DNA from: the human T2T-CHM13v2.0 reference genome, Homo sapiens
DNA: 64,000 bases
Reading direction: 5' to 3' (one strand)
NCBI RefSeq assembly: GCF_009914755.1
Contig: NC_060930.1
Notes under the pieces: model-generated
The model's database searches: none
Told to the model about the DNA's origin: nothing
What the model saw: only the letters and a program-made list of their open reading frames with translations
Shown: one piece after another, positions 50,187 to 61,842 of the stretch
Position numbering within the stretch: the first letter of the stretch is position 1
Layout of the letters: each line of letters begins with the position of its first letter
Position numbers and translations under genes: made by a program

Positions 50187-53100
50187 TGGAGACTTGTGGA
50201 ACTTCTGGAATGGTAGAATGAGAAGCCTGTCCAACACTCCCCAAATACAACAATGAAACTGGACAAAATTGTAAAAAACAACCATTTTGGGACTATGAAA
50301 AATTAACTAAAGATACACAACAAATTGAGAAGTATTTATTCATTACAAACAGCAGAACCTTAATTAAGAACAAAGGGAGTCTGTGCCACGGTAGACTGGG
50401 ACTGCTCCTACCTCCCCAACTCTCACTCCAGCTCCATCAGCGCGGTAGTTCCTAACAGGGCAGGATAAGCCATAAAACCCAGCAGGTTTGCTGCTGGAGG
50501 GGGTTGACTTGCTTTGGAGTGAAGTGCAGGAAAACCCTGTTAAAACAGTAACCATGTTGGTGGCGAATGAATAAGAAAGGCCAATACAGCAGCCATCCTG
50601 AGTTTGTAATTCTGGTTCAGGGAAGCAACAGAAAAGGCAACTTGCCCCAAAAGAACAGGAAGATCCAAGGAGTGGGATAGCCACCGTGGCCATTGATAAC
50701 ATTTTTGGAATTGTGGAAGGCTGCACACAGATGCAAGGCTGTGCACACACTCAGTAGTGACCAGAGAGGGCCGTGATTATCCACACATCTCTGGCTAAAC
50801 ATTAGGTATAGGAAGTTAGGATTAAAAAAAGAAAAAACTTTAAAACTTCAGCAGATACATCAGTGGCTACATACTGCAGGCAGACAGACTCTACAGAATT
50901 AATCCAAGGATGTCACCAACCAACCAACCAAAGCAGCAACAACAACTTTTGAGGAGGAGGAATCAGAATCGAGACTGGCTACAATACATTAACTGAAATG
51001 TTCAGTTTTCGACAAAAAAATTGTAAGACATATTAAAAAAAAACAGAAAAGTATGATCCATACATAGAAAAAAAAAGCTGTCTTTGAGAAAATCCAGATT
51101 TTGGACTTAGCAGAGAAGGACCTCAAAGAAGATATAATAAACATGCTCAAAGAACTAAAAAAAATCATATTTAAAGAATTTAAGGAAAGTATGGTGATGA
51201 CACATCAAATAGAGAATATAAATGAGGAGAGAAACGTATAAAAGAATGAAATTCTGGAGTTGAAAAGAACAATAAGTGAGATGAAAAATTCACTAGAATC
51301 CCTCGACAGCAGATTTGAAATAGCAATAGAAGGAATTGGCAAACATGAAGATAAATGAACAGGAATAATCTAAACTGAAGAATAGAAAGAAAATAGCATG
51401 ACAAAATGTGAACAGAGTTTCAGAGATTTGTGGGACTTTATCAAGCATACGCCATATGTGTAATATGTGTTCCAGAAGGAGAAGCAAGAGAGAAGAGGCA
51501 GAAAAAATATTTAAGGAAATAATGGTTTTATAGTTCCAAAATTTGATTTAAAAATTAATTTAAATATCAAAGAAGCTCCACAAACAAGTAGTATGAGAAA
51601 AAAAAGCATTATACCTAAACACGTCATAGTCAAACTATTAAAAGATAGAGAAAAACTTGAAAGCAGCAAGAGAAAAGCAACACATTAAGTACACAAGAAT
51701 AACAATGTGATTAAAGTTGAATTTCTACCACAAACATTGGAAGTTAGAAGGCAATGGATAACATATTCAAATCCTGAAAGAAAAATGTAAACTGAAGTTA
51801 TTATATTCAAGAAAATTGTCCTTAAAAAATGAAGGTGAATTAAACACTTACCCAGAAAAACAAATATTGAGAGAGTTCATTGCTAACAGACCTGCCTTAC
51901 AGGAAATATTAAAGGAAATCCTTTAGGCTGAAAGGAAATGACACCAGAGAATAACTTGAATCCACGTGAAGTAACAAAGGACACTGGAAAAGGTAACTAT
52001 GTAGGTAAATAGAAGAACTGTATTATATATTTTTCTCTTTTCTTCTCATATCAGATTTAAAAGATCATTGTGTAAAACAATATTTATAAAACTGTATTGT
52101 TGGGCTTATAACATATAAAGATTTAATGTATATAATAATAGCACAAAGGAAAGGAGATAAAATGGAGCTATATGTATGGGAACAAGTTTTCAATATTGTA
52201 CTGAAATTCAGTTAGTATTAATCCAAAGTGGATTTTGATAAATTAAGATACATATTGTAATCCCTAGAGTAACCATATGAAAATATTTTTAAAAATAGTT
52301 TTAAAAGCCAATAAAGGAATCAAAATGTCATATTAGAAAATACCTATTTGACACAGAAGAATGTAGTAAAGAAAGAACAGATGAATTTAAAAAGCCATGG
52401 GATTTATAGAAAACAAATAGAACATGGAAGATGCAAATCCAAGCATATCAGTAGTTGCATTCAAGGCATATGATTTAGACACTTCAATCAAAAGGCAGTG
52501 ATTATCAGCCTGGAAAAAAAAACAAGATCTAACTATGTGCTACTTTCAAGAAACACAATTTAGATTCAAAGATACAAATAGATTTTTAAAAATGGAAAAA
52601 GATACACTGTATAAATAGAAACCATTAGAGAGCTAGAATTGGATCGATTAATGTCAGATGAAATATGCTTTTAGACAAAAAGTATTATTGGAAACAATGA
52701 AGGATATTTTGTAATGATAATTAGATCAATTCACCAGGGAGATAAAAAAGTTACAAACTTATGTACACTTAAGAAAACAGTCCCAAAATATATGGAGCAA
52801 AAATGGAAAGAATTGAAAGGAGAAACAGATAATTTGACAATAGTTGGAGCATTTAACATCCCACTCTCAATAACTGATAGAATAACTAGACAGAAAATCA
52901 GTAAGGATTTAAGAAGACTTGAACACACTATTAACCAACTTGACCTAACCGACATCTATTTCTATAGATGTATAGAAGTCCACCCAACAACAGCAAAATA
53001 CACATTCTCTTCAAGCATATATGGAAACGTCTCCAGAACAGACTATATCCTAGGTCATAAAGCAAAGTGTCAATGAATTTAAAAGCATTTAAATAATACA

Positions 53101-53285
53101 AGGCATTTCTCTGAACACAATGGCATTACATTAGAAATTAACAAGAGAAGTAAATGTGGGAGATCTCCAAGTGTTTGGAAATTGAACAACACATCACAAA
53201 GGAAATAATAAAATATTTTTAACTGAATGAAAACAGAAGCACATCATCAAAATATATATGATGCAGCTAAAGTGCTTAGAAAGAA
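50187..53285 (+). mobile_element. Old L1M element: 5' UTR, decayed ORF1, inter-ORF region and ORF2 endonuclease domain
   Basis: A-rich sense L1. ORF 52714-53076 (TIVGAFNIPLSITDRITRQKISKD...DLTDIY...HPTTAKYTF...SRTDYILGHK) is homologous to the L1 APE-like endonuclease, with GDFN changed to GAFN and NIYAPN lost. Confidence 0.92.
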
Positions 53286-53289
53286 AAAA

Positions 53290-53930
53290 TTTTTAAATAA
53301 CAGTTTTATTGATATATACTTCACATACTGTATAATTCATCCTTTTAAAGTGTACAGTTCAACAGCTTTTACTGTATTCACCAAGTTTTGCAACTATCAT
53401 CAGTCATTTCAGAACATTTTCATTATTTCAAAAGAAACCCTATACCCATTACCAGTCACTGCCTATTGCCTCCTTCCCCCATTCCTTTGCAAATACGAAT
53501 CTAATTTTTATTGCTATGCATTGCTTATTTTGGACATTTAATATAAATTGAATCATTCAGTATGTGGCCTTGTGTGTCTGCCTCCTTTCACTTAGCATAA
53601 TGTTTTCAAAGTTCATCCATGTTGTAGCATCTATAAGTATATCAATCCTTTTCATGGCTTAATAATGCATTGTATAGATATACCACTTTTTTTTTAATCC
53701 ATTCTTTAGTTGATTAACATTTGGGATGTTTCTGCTTTTTGACTATTATGAATAATGCTGCTGTGCACATTCATGTACAGGTTTTTATGTGGATATATGT
53801 TTTCAATTATTTGGGGGCATAAACCTACTAGTGAAATTGCTAGGTCATGTGGGAGATCTATGCTTAACCTTTTGAGGAACTGTCAAAAAGTTTTCCAAAG
53901 TGACTGCACCATTTTACATACCCACCAGCC
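53290..53930 (-). mobile_element. L1MB-type 3' end nested in the host L1
   Basis: CAGTTTTATTGATATATACTTCACATAC...CTTTCACTTAGCATAATGTTTTC...TTTTCCAAAGTGACTGCACCATTTTACAT. Confidence 0.9.
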
Positions 53931-54925
53931 ATAAAGTATATCTATGAAAATCCCACAGACTCAATGGTGAAATACTTCCTAAAGTAAGAAATAAGAGAAG
54001 GATGTTCTCATCACTGCTATTCAGTATTGTGCTGGAAGTTTTAACCAGGGAAATTAGATGAGAACAAGAAATAAAAAGGTAAACCAGATTGGAAAGGAAG
54101 AAATAAAACTATCTCCACATGCAGATGAAGTGATTTTGTATACAGAAAATCCTAGGTATTCCACAGAAAAGAATGTTTAGAGCAATGGAACTAGTCCAGT
54201 AAAGTTGCAGGATACAATATCAATGTATAAAAATCAGTTGTAATTCTATACACTAGCCATGAATAATCCAAAATAAAATTAAGAAAATAATTCTATTTAT
54301 AATAGAATCAAAAAAAGAAAGTACTTAGGAATAAATGTAACTAAGGGAGTATAAAGCTTTATAGTAAAAACTATAAAACGTGGATGAAGGAAATTAAAGA
54401 AGACATAAAAAAATGGAAAGCCATTTCATGTTCATAGATTAGAAAACTTAATATTGCTAACACGGTGTATTAGTCTGTTCTCATGCTGCTAATAAAGACA
54501 TACCCCAAACTGGGTAATTTATAAAGAAAAAGAGGTTTAATGGACTCACAGTTCCACATAGCTGGGGAGGTTTCACAATCATGGAGGAAGGCAAAGGAGG
54601 AACAAAGGCATGTCTTACATGGTGGCAGGCAAGAGAATGTGTGGCAGGAGAACTGCACTTTATAACGGGCAGATCAGATCTTGTGACACTTATTCACTAT
54701 CATGAGAACAGCATAGGAAAAACCCACCCCCATGATTCAATTATCTCCCACTGGGTCCCTCCCATGAACATGGGGATTACTGGAGCTACAATTCAAGATG
54801 AGATTTGGATGGGGACACAGCCAAACCATATCATGGCTATACTCCCCAAATTTATCTGTAGATTCAATGCTATCTCTATCAAAATTCCAACTGCCTTTCT
54901 TGCAGAAATGGAAAAGCTGATCCTT
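53931..54925 (+). mobile_element. L1 ORF2 reverse-transcriptase-region fragment, interrupted by THE1
   Basis: CTATTCAGTATTGTGCTGGAAGT...GCAGATGAAGTGATT (decayed ADD motif)...AAAGTTGCAGGATACAA...TAGATTCAATGCTATC. Confidence 0.88.
54466..54833 (-). mobile_element. THE1 (THE1C-like) solo LTR
   Basis: TGTATTAGTCTGTTCTCATGCTGCTAATAAAGACATACC...GGGACACAGCCAAACCATATCA. Confidence 0.95.
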
Positions 54926-55061
54926 AAGTGTTCCTTGGATTATTGCAAGCCTTTAGTTAATTTAGAGTTCTGAAAAAAATTCATTTTGACATTTTTGCCA
55001 ACGTTCTCAGCTTTATAGAGGAATTGACTTTCAAACGTCCTTTCTTAAGAGGGTCCATTTC

Positions 55062-55880
55062 ATAAGAGGGAAATTTATAAATTTATGCATCTATATTTGA
55101 GAAGAAGAAAGATCTCAGATTAATAATCTTAGTTCATATCTTAAGGTACTAGAGAAAAGAAGAGAAAACTAAGCCCAAAGCAGAGGGAAGGAAATAATAC
55201 AGATTAGAGTGGAAATGAATGAAGCAGAACACAGAAAAACAAGAGAGAAATTTAAAGAAACCAAAAGTTGATTCTTTGGAAAGATCAACCACACTGACAA
55301 AACGGTAGCTAGACTGGCCAAAGAATGAAGAGAGATAAGACACAAATTACCAAATTTAGTGATGACCCTGCAGAAAGTAAAAGGATTAGGAGATACTATG
55401 AACAACTTTATGCCAACAAATTAGACAATTTAGTTGAAATTGATAAAATCTTAGAGAGAAATTATACCAAAACCAACTTTTTTTTTTTTTTTTTTTTTTT
55501 TGAGATGCAGTTTTGCTCTTGTTGTCCAGGCTGGAGTGCAGCTGCACTCCAGCCGCACTCGACTCACTGCAACCTCCACTTCCTGGGTTCAAATGATTGT
55601 CTCACCTCAGCCTCCCAAGTAGCTAGGATTACAGGATGCGCCACCACACCCAACTAATTTTGTATTTTTAGTAGAGATGGGGTTTCACCATGTTGGCCAG
55701 GCCTGGTCTTAAACTCCTGACCTCAGGTGATCCACCCCCTAGGCCTCCCAAAGTGCTGGGATTACAGGCATGAGCCTCCATGCCAGGGCCAAAACCAACT
55801 TCTTAGAGAAGAAATAGAAAATCTGAACAGATCTATAACAAGAAATTAAATTTGTAATTAACACTCTTCCAAAAAGAAAT
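55062..55880 (+). mobile_element. Host L1M ORF2 continuation (post-endonuclease linker), interrupted by Alu
   Basis: Resumes at AGAGGGAAATTTAT, where the 53285 segment stopped; CCAAAAGTTGATTCTTTGGAAAGATCAAC; TACTATGAACAACTTTATGCCAACAAATT. Confidence 0.88.
55478..55790 (-). mobile_element. AluS (Sq-like) inside L1
   Basis: Poly(T) and both arms; TSD AAAACCAACTTT at 55469-55480 and 55791-55802. Confidence 0.95.
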
Positions 55881-56258
55881 ATGGTAGGGAAGATGCCTAT
55901 CAAAGTCTTTGGCATAGAGTTGGCCCCAAATAAATGTGAGTCCATTCCCTCTGGCCCTTTCAGACAATGAGGTATCAAAGCCCTGAGCAAAACTTCTCTC
56001 CTCTGTTGAATTCTATGGGGACCTGCTGTACCCACTGATGTAATTTTAAGAGCTAAAAGTTACTTATATGTGGGGAACTCACTTTAGTGCTAATTTTAAA
56101 TGATAAACGCTAAGATCATGGATCATGCAAACCAAGATATCTTGACCTCAACCAGATTCCATCATGAGCAGGGTCAGTTTTTAATGATACTTACCCACAA
56201 TAACCTCCACCTCCCCCACCAGCCGACTCAGCACACATCTACCCCGACACATCCCTAA

Positions 56259-56705
<447 letters not shown>

Positions 56706-57054
56706 TGAAGAAACTGAAGCAGAGAGTCAAAGATATTATGACACTATGGGAGGTACAGCGACTACTTAAACAGTTATCTTAGTTTTCCAATTAGTACAAC
56801 AGAGAAAAGAGACAAAGGACCTAGGGTCTAGGTCCAGCTTGCTGTTGATTTTTGTCAAACTGTTTCTTTCTCTAGGTCTCAATTTCCTCATTTTAAAAAC
56901 AAGACACTAGTCCTTGAACTACTGTGAGGACTGCTATGAAGAGCAGTGTCTGATCCTGGCCTGAAGGCATGCTGTGTTTCTTGTTCGTATTCTTCTAAGT
57001 GAAGCTGATTCAAGGGAGGTTTGCTGTGATTGTGTAATTGTCTGTCTGAGAATG

Positions 57055-57465
57055 GGCATTACAATTAGAAAAGAAAAGAAATATTTATATCAATGAGCTA
57101 AATCCCCAACTTAGGAAGTTAGGGGAAATACAAGAGTAAAGATAAAGAAAGTAGAGAGAGGGGAGAAGTAATAGTATCAGAAGGGATTAATGAAACAGAA
57201 ACAAAGATTCAACTGAGGATTGTCGAAAGCCAAAAGCTTGTTCTTTAAAGACTACTGGATATCTGCAGAAAAATTAAGCATGAACAAACCATGAAAAAAA
57301 GGACAACTATAAACATAAGAGTTTAAAATTATTGGGATAACTTAAATAACCTTATACCATAAAGTTGAAAATTTAAGTGGACAATTTCCTATTAAAGCAT
57401 ATTACCAAAATTGACTCAGAAATAATACAAAACCCCAATTGACCTATAACTATTGAAAAAATTAA
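57055..57465 (+). mobile_element. Old L1 ORF2 fragment
   Basis: ATCAATGAGCTAAA...AAAGCCAAAAGCTTGTTCTTTAAA...TTACCAAAATTGACTCAGAA. Confidence 0.75.
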
Positions 57466-57501
57466 AAGGAGGTCTCTTCTAGCCCTAGTGGTCTATGAAA
57501 A

Positions 57502-57620
57502 CTTCCTTTCCTCTCTCGCTTTCTCTGTCCCTCTCTTCTTCTACTTCTCTGTCTGTCTCCGACTCTGTCTCCCTCCTTCTGTCTCTCTGTCTCTCTCTGT
57601 CTGTCTCCCTCTCTCTTTGC
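57502..57620. repeat. (TC)/(TCTG) pyrimidine-rich simple repeat
   Basis: Directly visible. Confidence 0.9.
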
Positions 57621-58599
57621 GTGAGTGTTTTGAACATGCAGAATCAACGCTAGAATAGTTTCTACTTGGAGTGACTATCTCTGCGTGAGCAAATTAGATG
57701 TGTGTTCAGTGGGAAGTGTTATGTCTAATGCCCTCTAAAGAGCAGGCAGTTGTGTGTGGGGGGGATTTCTTTTAGGATTGGTGCTATTGCAGGGTGTGGG
57801 TGTGGGAGTGATGGCCTCGCTGAAGTTTTCATTTGAGGCAGGCAGAGCTCCTGTTAGTTCCTAGCTCCTGAAATGTAGTAGAGGGAAGAGCAGTGGGGAG
57901 GGGCCGTGGGGCAGAGTTTTATGTGTACCTCTGAGGTGTGCACAAGAAGGCAAGGACAACAGGTTGGGGACAGAGTCTGAAACCTCTCAACTTCTACCCC
58001 ACTGCTGCAGGCTCAGCAAGGATGAACATATTCTGCACCTGGCTTCACACTATGTGGCTGGCCAGCTTTTCTCAGGCCAGTCATTTTCTGTAGAAAGGCA
58101 TACTTGGGAGAGTTTTGTTTAGGGTAAGATGCCACAGTCGAACCAAATGGCCATGTGTACGGCTGGCCCTTTAGAGACTTTCTGCTCTGTGCAGGGATGA
58201 AGCGGGAGGTGGGAGGGAATCCTGTGAGGTGCTGAATCCAGGTTTTCCCTTGTGGAATTAGGGAGAAGATTATACATAACCCCTTCACCTCATCTCACCC
58301 CCTCTCCAGGAGACTGTAGGTGCCTGAAATGCTGAAATTAACTTTTGTTTCTTAAGTTGTATTCCCTAATAAAACAAAACAAAACAAAACAAAAACTACT
58401 TTCTGATAACATATTTTTACAGGAAAGAAGGAGGTTTAATTAACCAGATGCTGTGCCCCTTCAGTGAGGTTGGGACTGATTGGGAAGTTAGCCACAAAAG
58501 GGACATGAGTACAGGTGTCAAGGAGCACTTCATTGTTTAGGGGAGGACTGTCCCCAAAAAGCTTCCTGCTCACTGAAATGCTCCCAGGAAAGTGGCTTG

Positions 58600-58900
58600 C
58601 TGAAAATGGATCATAGACATGTTTTAATCCAACTGCTGTTTTTCAGGTTAAGCAAGATAGGTTTCATTTGATTGCTTTTTGCATTTTCTTTTTTATCTTA
58701 GATAAAGGGTGTGCCTGGTTTTTCTGCTGCGAACAATGGCCTGATTGTTAGAAGTCTTGCTTACATGTATATATGTGTGTGTGTTTTGCCATGACTCCTG
58801 TGTTTTGGAAGTCTTTGGGGACAGATGATATTTATGAATGATGTCCCAAGGGTATAATCAGTATGACTCATTCTTGGAACCAGTTTTATCCGTTAAGGGG
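58600..58900. promoter_or_regulatory. Candidate epithelial enhancer (AP-1/TEAD/STAT/GRHL/SOX/GATA/KLF cluster)
   Basis: ATGACTCATTCTTGGAACCAGTT 58863-58885, AACAATGGCCTGATTGTT 58732-58749, TTATCTTAGATAA 58693-58705. Confidence 0.5.
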
Positions 58901-60534
58901 TGCCAGCTGCACCCAGTTCACAACTGAACATACTCGAAACATCTTCCCGCACTAACCTACTCCTGGTTTGGGGTCAGAAGGACATATTCTAGTAGCTTTT
59001 CTACTTCTCCAGGGGTTTAATTTCCCATGACGGGGTCCTGGGGACTTTCTGTTAAGAATTTTGACAAGGTGAAAACTGTTACATAGTTGAGAATGAAATT
59101 GTGTTTCAGGATTTCAGAAAACACCCCCACAGGAAATTTTATGAATTTCATCATAATAGCAGTCATAAAGAATCCTATTTATTCTCTGTCATTCTTTAAG
59201 TAATTCAGAAGAATGTCCTGATGTTATCGTCTCTGAATTTATAGGACACCAGTGAGGCTGGCAGGGTGGATTTCATCATCTCTTTTATTCTGCCTCTTAC
59301 CCTCCCAACAAGTCACCTTGAAAACGGGGGTTACTGAGGCACACATTGGTCATAGGATGTTCAAAAACCACTACAATAAGGCAGGGTCAGAATTAGAGAC
59401 CACGTTTTGGTTTCCGGGTTAGAAAGCTTTCATTTTAAATTCCACTCCTATCTAGTCAAGCCGGAGTTCCTGATGGCATCTGAGACTTAATTTGAGATGT
59501 TGAGGTGTGTCCTGCCATGACCTTTACTGAGGGCTGGCTTTCAACAAATCTGATTGGCTCACTTCTCCTCAACCCAGCATCACCTCATCTCAAAGGCATT
59601 TTCAGTTCTCTAGGAGGCACCTGTTGCTCCTTGTGCTTTGCTTTCTTGGCTTTTCCCATAGATGGCGGTCCCGGAGCACGCGGATCAGCCCAGTCGTGGT
59701 TCTCTGTCTCCCCTGCCATGTTTTCTGGTGTCTTCATGACCACAAATTATTGGATCCTGGGAAATTGCCCTGTTTTCACTTTGTTCACCCATTTTGCCAA
59801 ATCAGACATGTGACCAGTCTGTGGATTAGGTAGGCAATGCCCTCCCTTTTTTTTTTTTTTTAACCCATCTTTGAAATAGCTGTCTGACCTCGTCTCTGGG
59901 AGAGAAGACATGTGGAGTGTGGAAACACACTTCAACCTGCACATCTGGCGGAAGAACAAGAGTGGAATTCCTGGATCAGTTTCTTGGTTTGTGGTCTCTG
60001 GGGATTGCTCGTTGAGTAACTCCACATCACATCACTTCACAGATAAGGAAGATGTCATCCCCATGGCATCTCTGATTTCGGCACACGCTTCAGAAAACCC
60101 CCAGCAACTCATCTAGAACATGATGTTTTAAGCTGCTATAATCACCAGCCAACTTTGAACATGTGCCATGCACATGACGGCCTTCCTTCTTGCCTGTGAA
60201 GCTTGAGTATGAGTCTGCCTTAGTGCACTCCCTTTGTCCAGCTCCTATTGAAGGTGTCAGTGCTGGACCCTGGGATGCAGTCCTGAGCCATAGTGCCTGC
60301 AGGATGGAATTCTTCTGGCAGGCCCGGGCTGTGGACCTAGTACAACACCAGGACTTCCTGGAACAGGCACTGAGTGGAGGTCAAGAGCCCTTGGTTCGTT
60401 CCTCCCCTGGCACAATTTGTGAGATGTTAGGCATGTCCCCTCTCTGGGGCTAAGTGTCCTTAACAGCCAAATGGGAATAATTAATACTTGTCTTACATGA
60501 GGCTGGGAAGGATCTTGACTATTTTGGAAAATGG

Positions 60535-60930
60535 TGTCAGGATTCAACTGAGCCAGGCTGGAACAATAGATCAAATGGGCTAACAAGCTAAAGTTTAATG
60601 GGGAGAGATTTAATGTCCCAGTCATGGGCTCAGAAACAACTGTACCAGTCAGGAATGGGGAGGAGCTGAATAGGCAGGAGCACATGAGGGTGAGTGTTGG
60701 ACGTTGCAGTTAATGGCAACACAGAAATGAGGACTCTGGAAACTCCAAGTGCAAACAGGCTGCATTAGTAGAAATGCAGTTCTCAAAACAAGGAGGTAAT
60801 AGTCACATTGGCTAGACTAGTGCTGAAGAACTGGGCTGGATTTGGGACCCCACCTTAAGAGGGCAATGAGGTCCCAGGGTGTATCTGGGGAAGACTAACC
60901 AGCATGGTGACAAGTATGAAAGCCTGGGGC
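60535..60930 (+). mobile_element. L3/CR1 LINE fragment (3' end likely at ~61845-62025)
   Basis: AAGTTTAATGGGGAGAGATTTAATGTCC...AACAACTGTACCAGTCAGGAATGGGG...AGGCTGCATTAGTAGAA; later AAGGAAGAAGTTTCTAACAATTAGAGC. Confidence 0.7.
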
Positions 60931-61151
60931 ATCCAGGGATCAGCAGACAGACTTGAAAATGTTCTTTTCCTTCCTGGAAAGGGTTCATTTAGCAGGATCT
61001 GATCGCTGCCCAGAGAACCAACCTATGACAAAAAAGCAGGAAAGCAGTTTTTTGTTGTGGTTGTTCAGACTGGTCCCCCAGCTTTTAACCTTGTCTCCTG
61101 ACAGCAGCCAGAGAAATTCTTATTAAATATAGCATACATTCACATGGTTCA

Positions 61152-61250
61152 AAACCCAACCAACCAACCAAACCAACCCACCAACTAACCAACCAAATAA
61201 ATAAATACATAAATAATGAACCAACTAACCAACCAACCAACCTAACTAAC
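61152..61250. repeat. (AACC)n/(AAAT)n simple repeat
   Basis: Directly visible. Confidence 0.9.
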
Positions 61251-61309
61251 AAAAAGCATAAAGACAAATACAGGACAAAGCCTCCCTCCCACCCTTGTAC
61301 TCTAGTAGG

Positions 61310-61565
61310 GACAGTTTGTGATGGTCCTTAAGAGTGTAGTCTCTGAAAGCTGTGCTGCCTCAGTTTGTCCCAGTCCTGCTACTTCTTAGCTGTGTGGCCT
61401 TTGGCAAGTTACTTAACTTCTCTGAACCTTAGCTTCCTCATCTGAAAAATGGGGATAATAATGGTACTTATCTAATAGGATCGTTGTGAGAATTAAATGA
61501 GTACATCCACATAAAGTACTTAGAACAGTTGCTGGCATACAATCAATTTCACAAATGTCTTAGCT
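61310..61565 (+). mobile_element. MIR SINE, near full length
   Basis: TAGCTGTGTGGCCTTTGGCAAGTTACTTAACTTCTCTGAACCTTAGCTTCCTCATCTGAAAAATGGGGATAATAAT. Confidence 0.9.
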
Positions 61566-61599
61566 CTCATTTTTCTCTGCTTAGTTCTCCCCTTTCTCC

Positions 61600-61842
61600 A
61601 GTATTCAACCATTATTTTTATATTTCATCTGTATTTTATCAGAGTTTTAAAATGCATATATTATATATGCAAATGTGAACGTCAATTCTTATTTTTCTTA
61701 TTTTTTAAGTTCCAAAGCTAGTATATTAGACATATTGTTCAGCACCTGGCCTTTTTTTTTTTTTTAACTTGATAGTATATCTTGGAGATTTTTCCACATC
61801 AGTACAGAGAGAACTTCCTCATTCTTTTTCACAGCTGTACAT
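61600..61842 (-). mobile_element. L1ME-type 3' fragment
   Basis: TATATCTTGGAGATTTTTCCACATCAGTACA...CTCATTCTTTTT. Confidence 0.7.

Noticed and set aside
52714-53076. 120-aa ORF with L1 endonuclease homology as a domesticated nuclease
   Set aside because: Partial domain, catalytic GDFN aspartate lost, surrounded by stops and frameshifts; a dead fossil.
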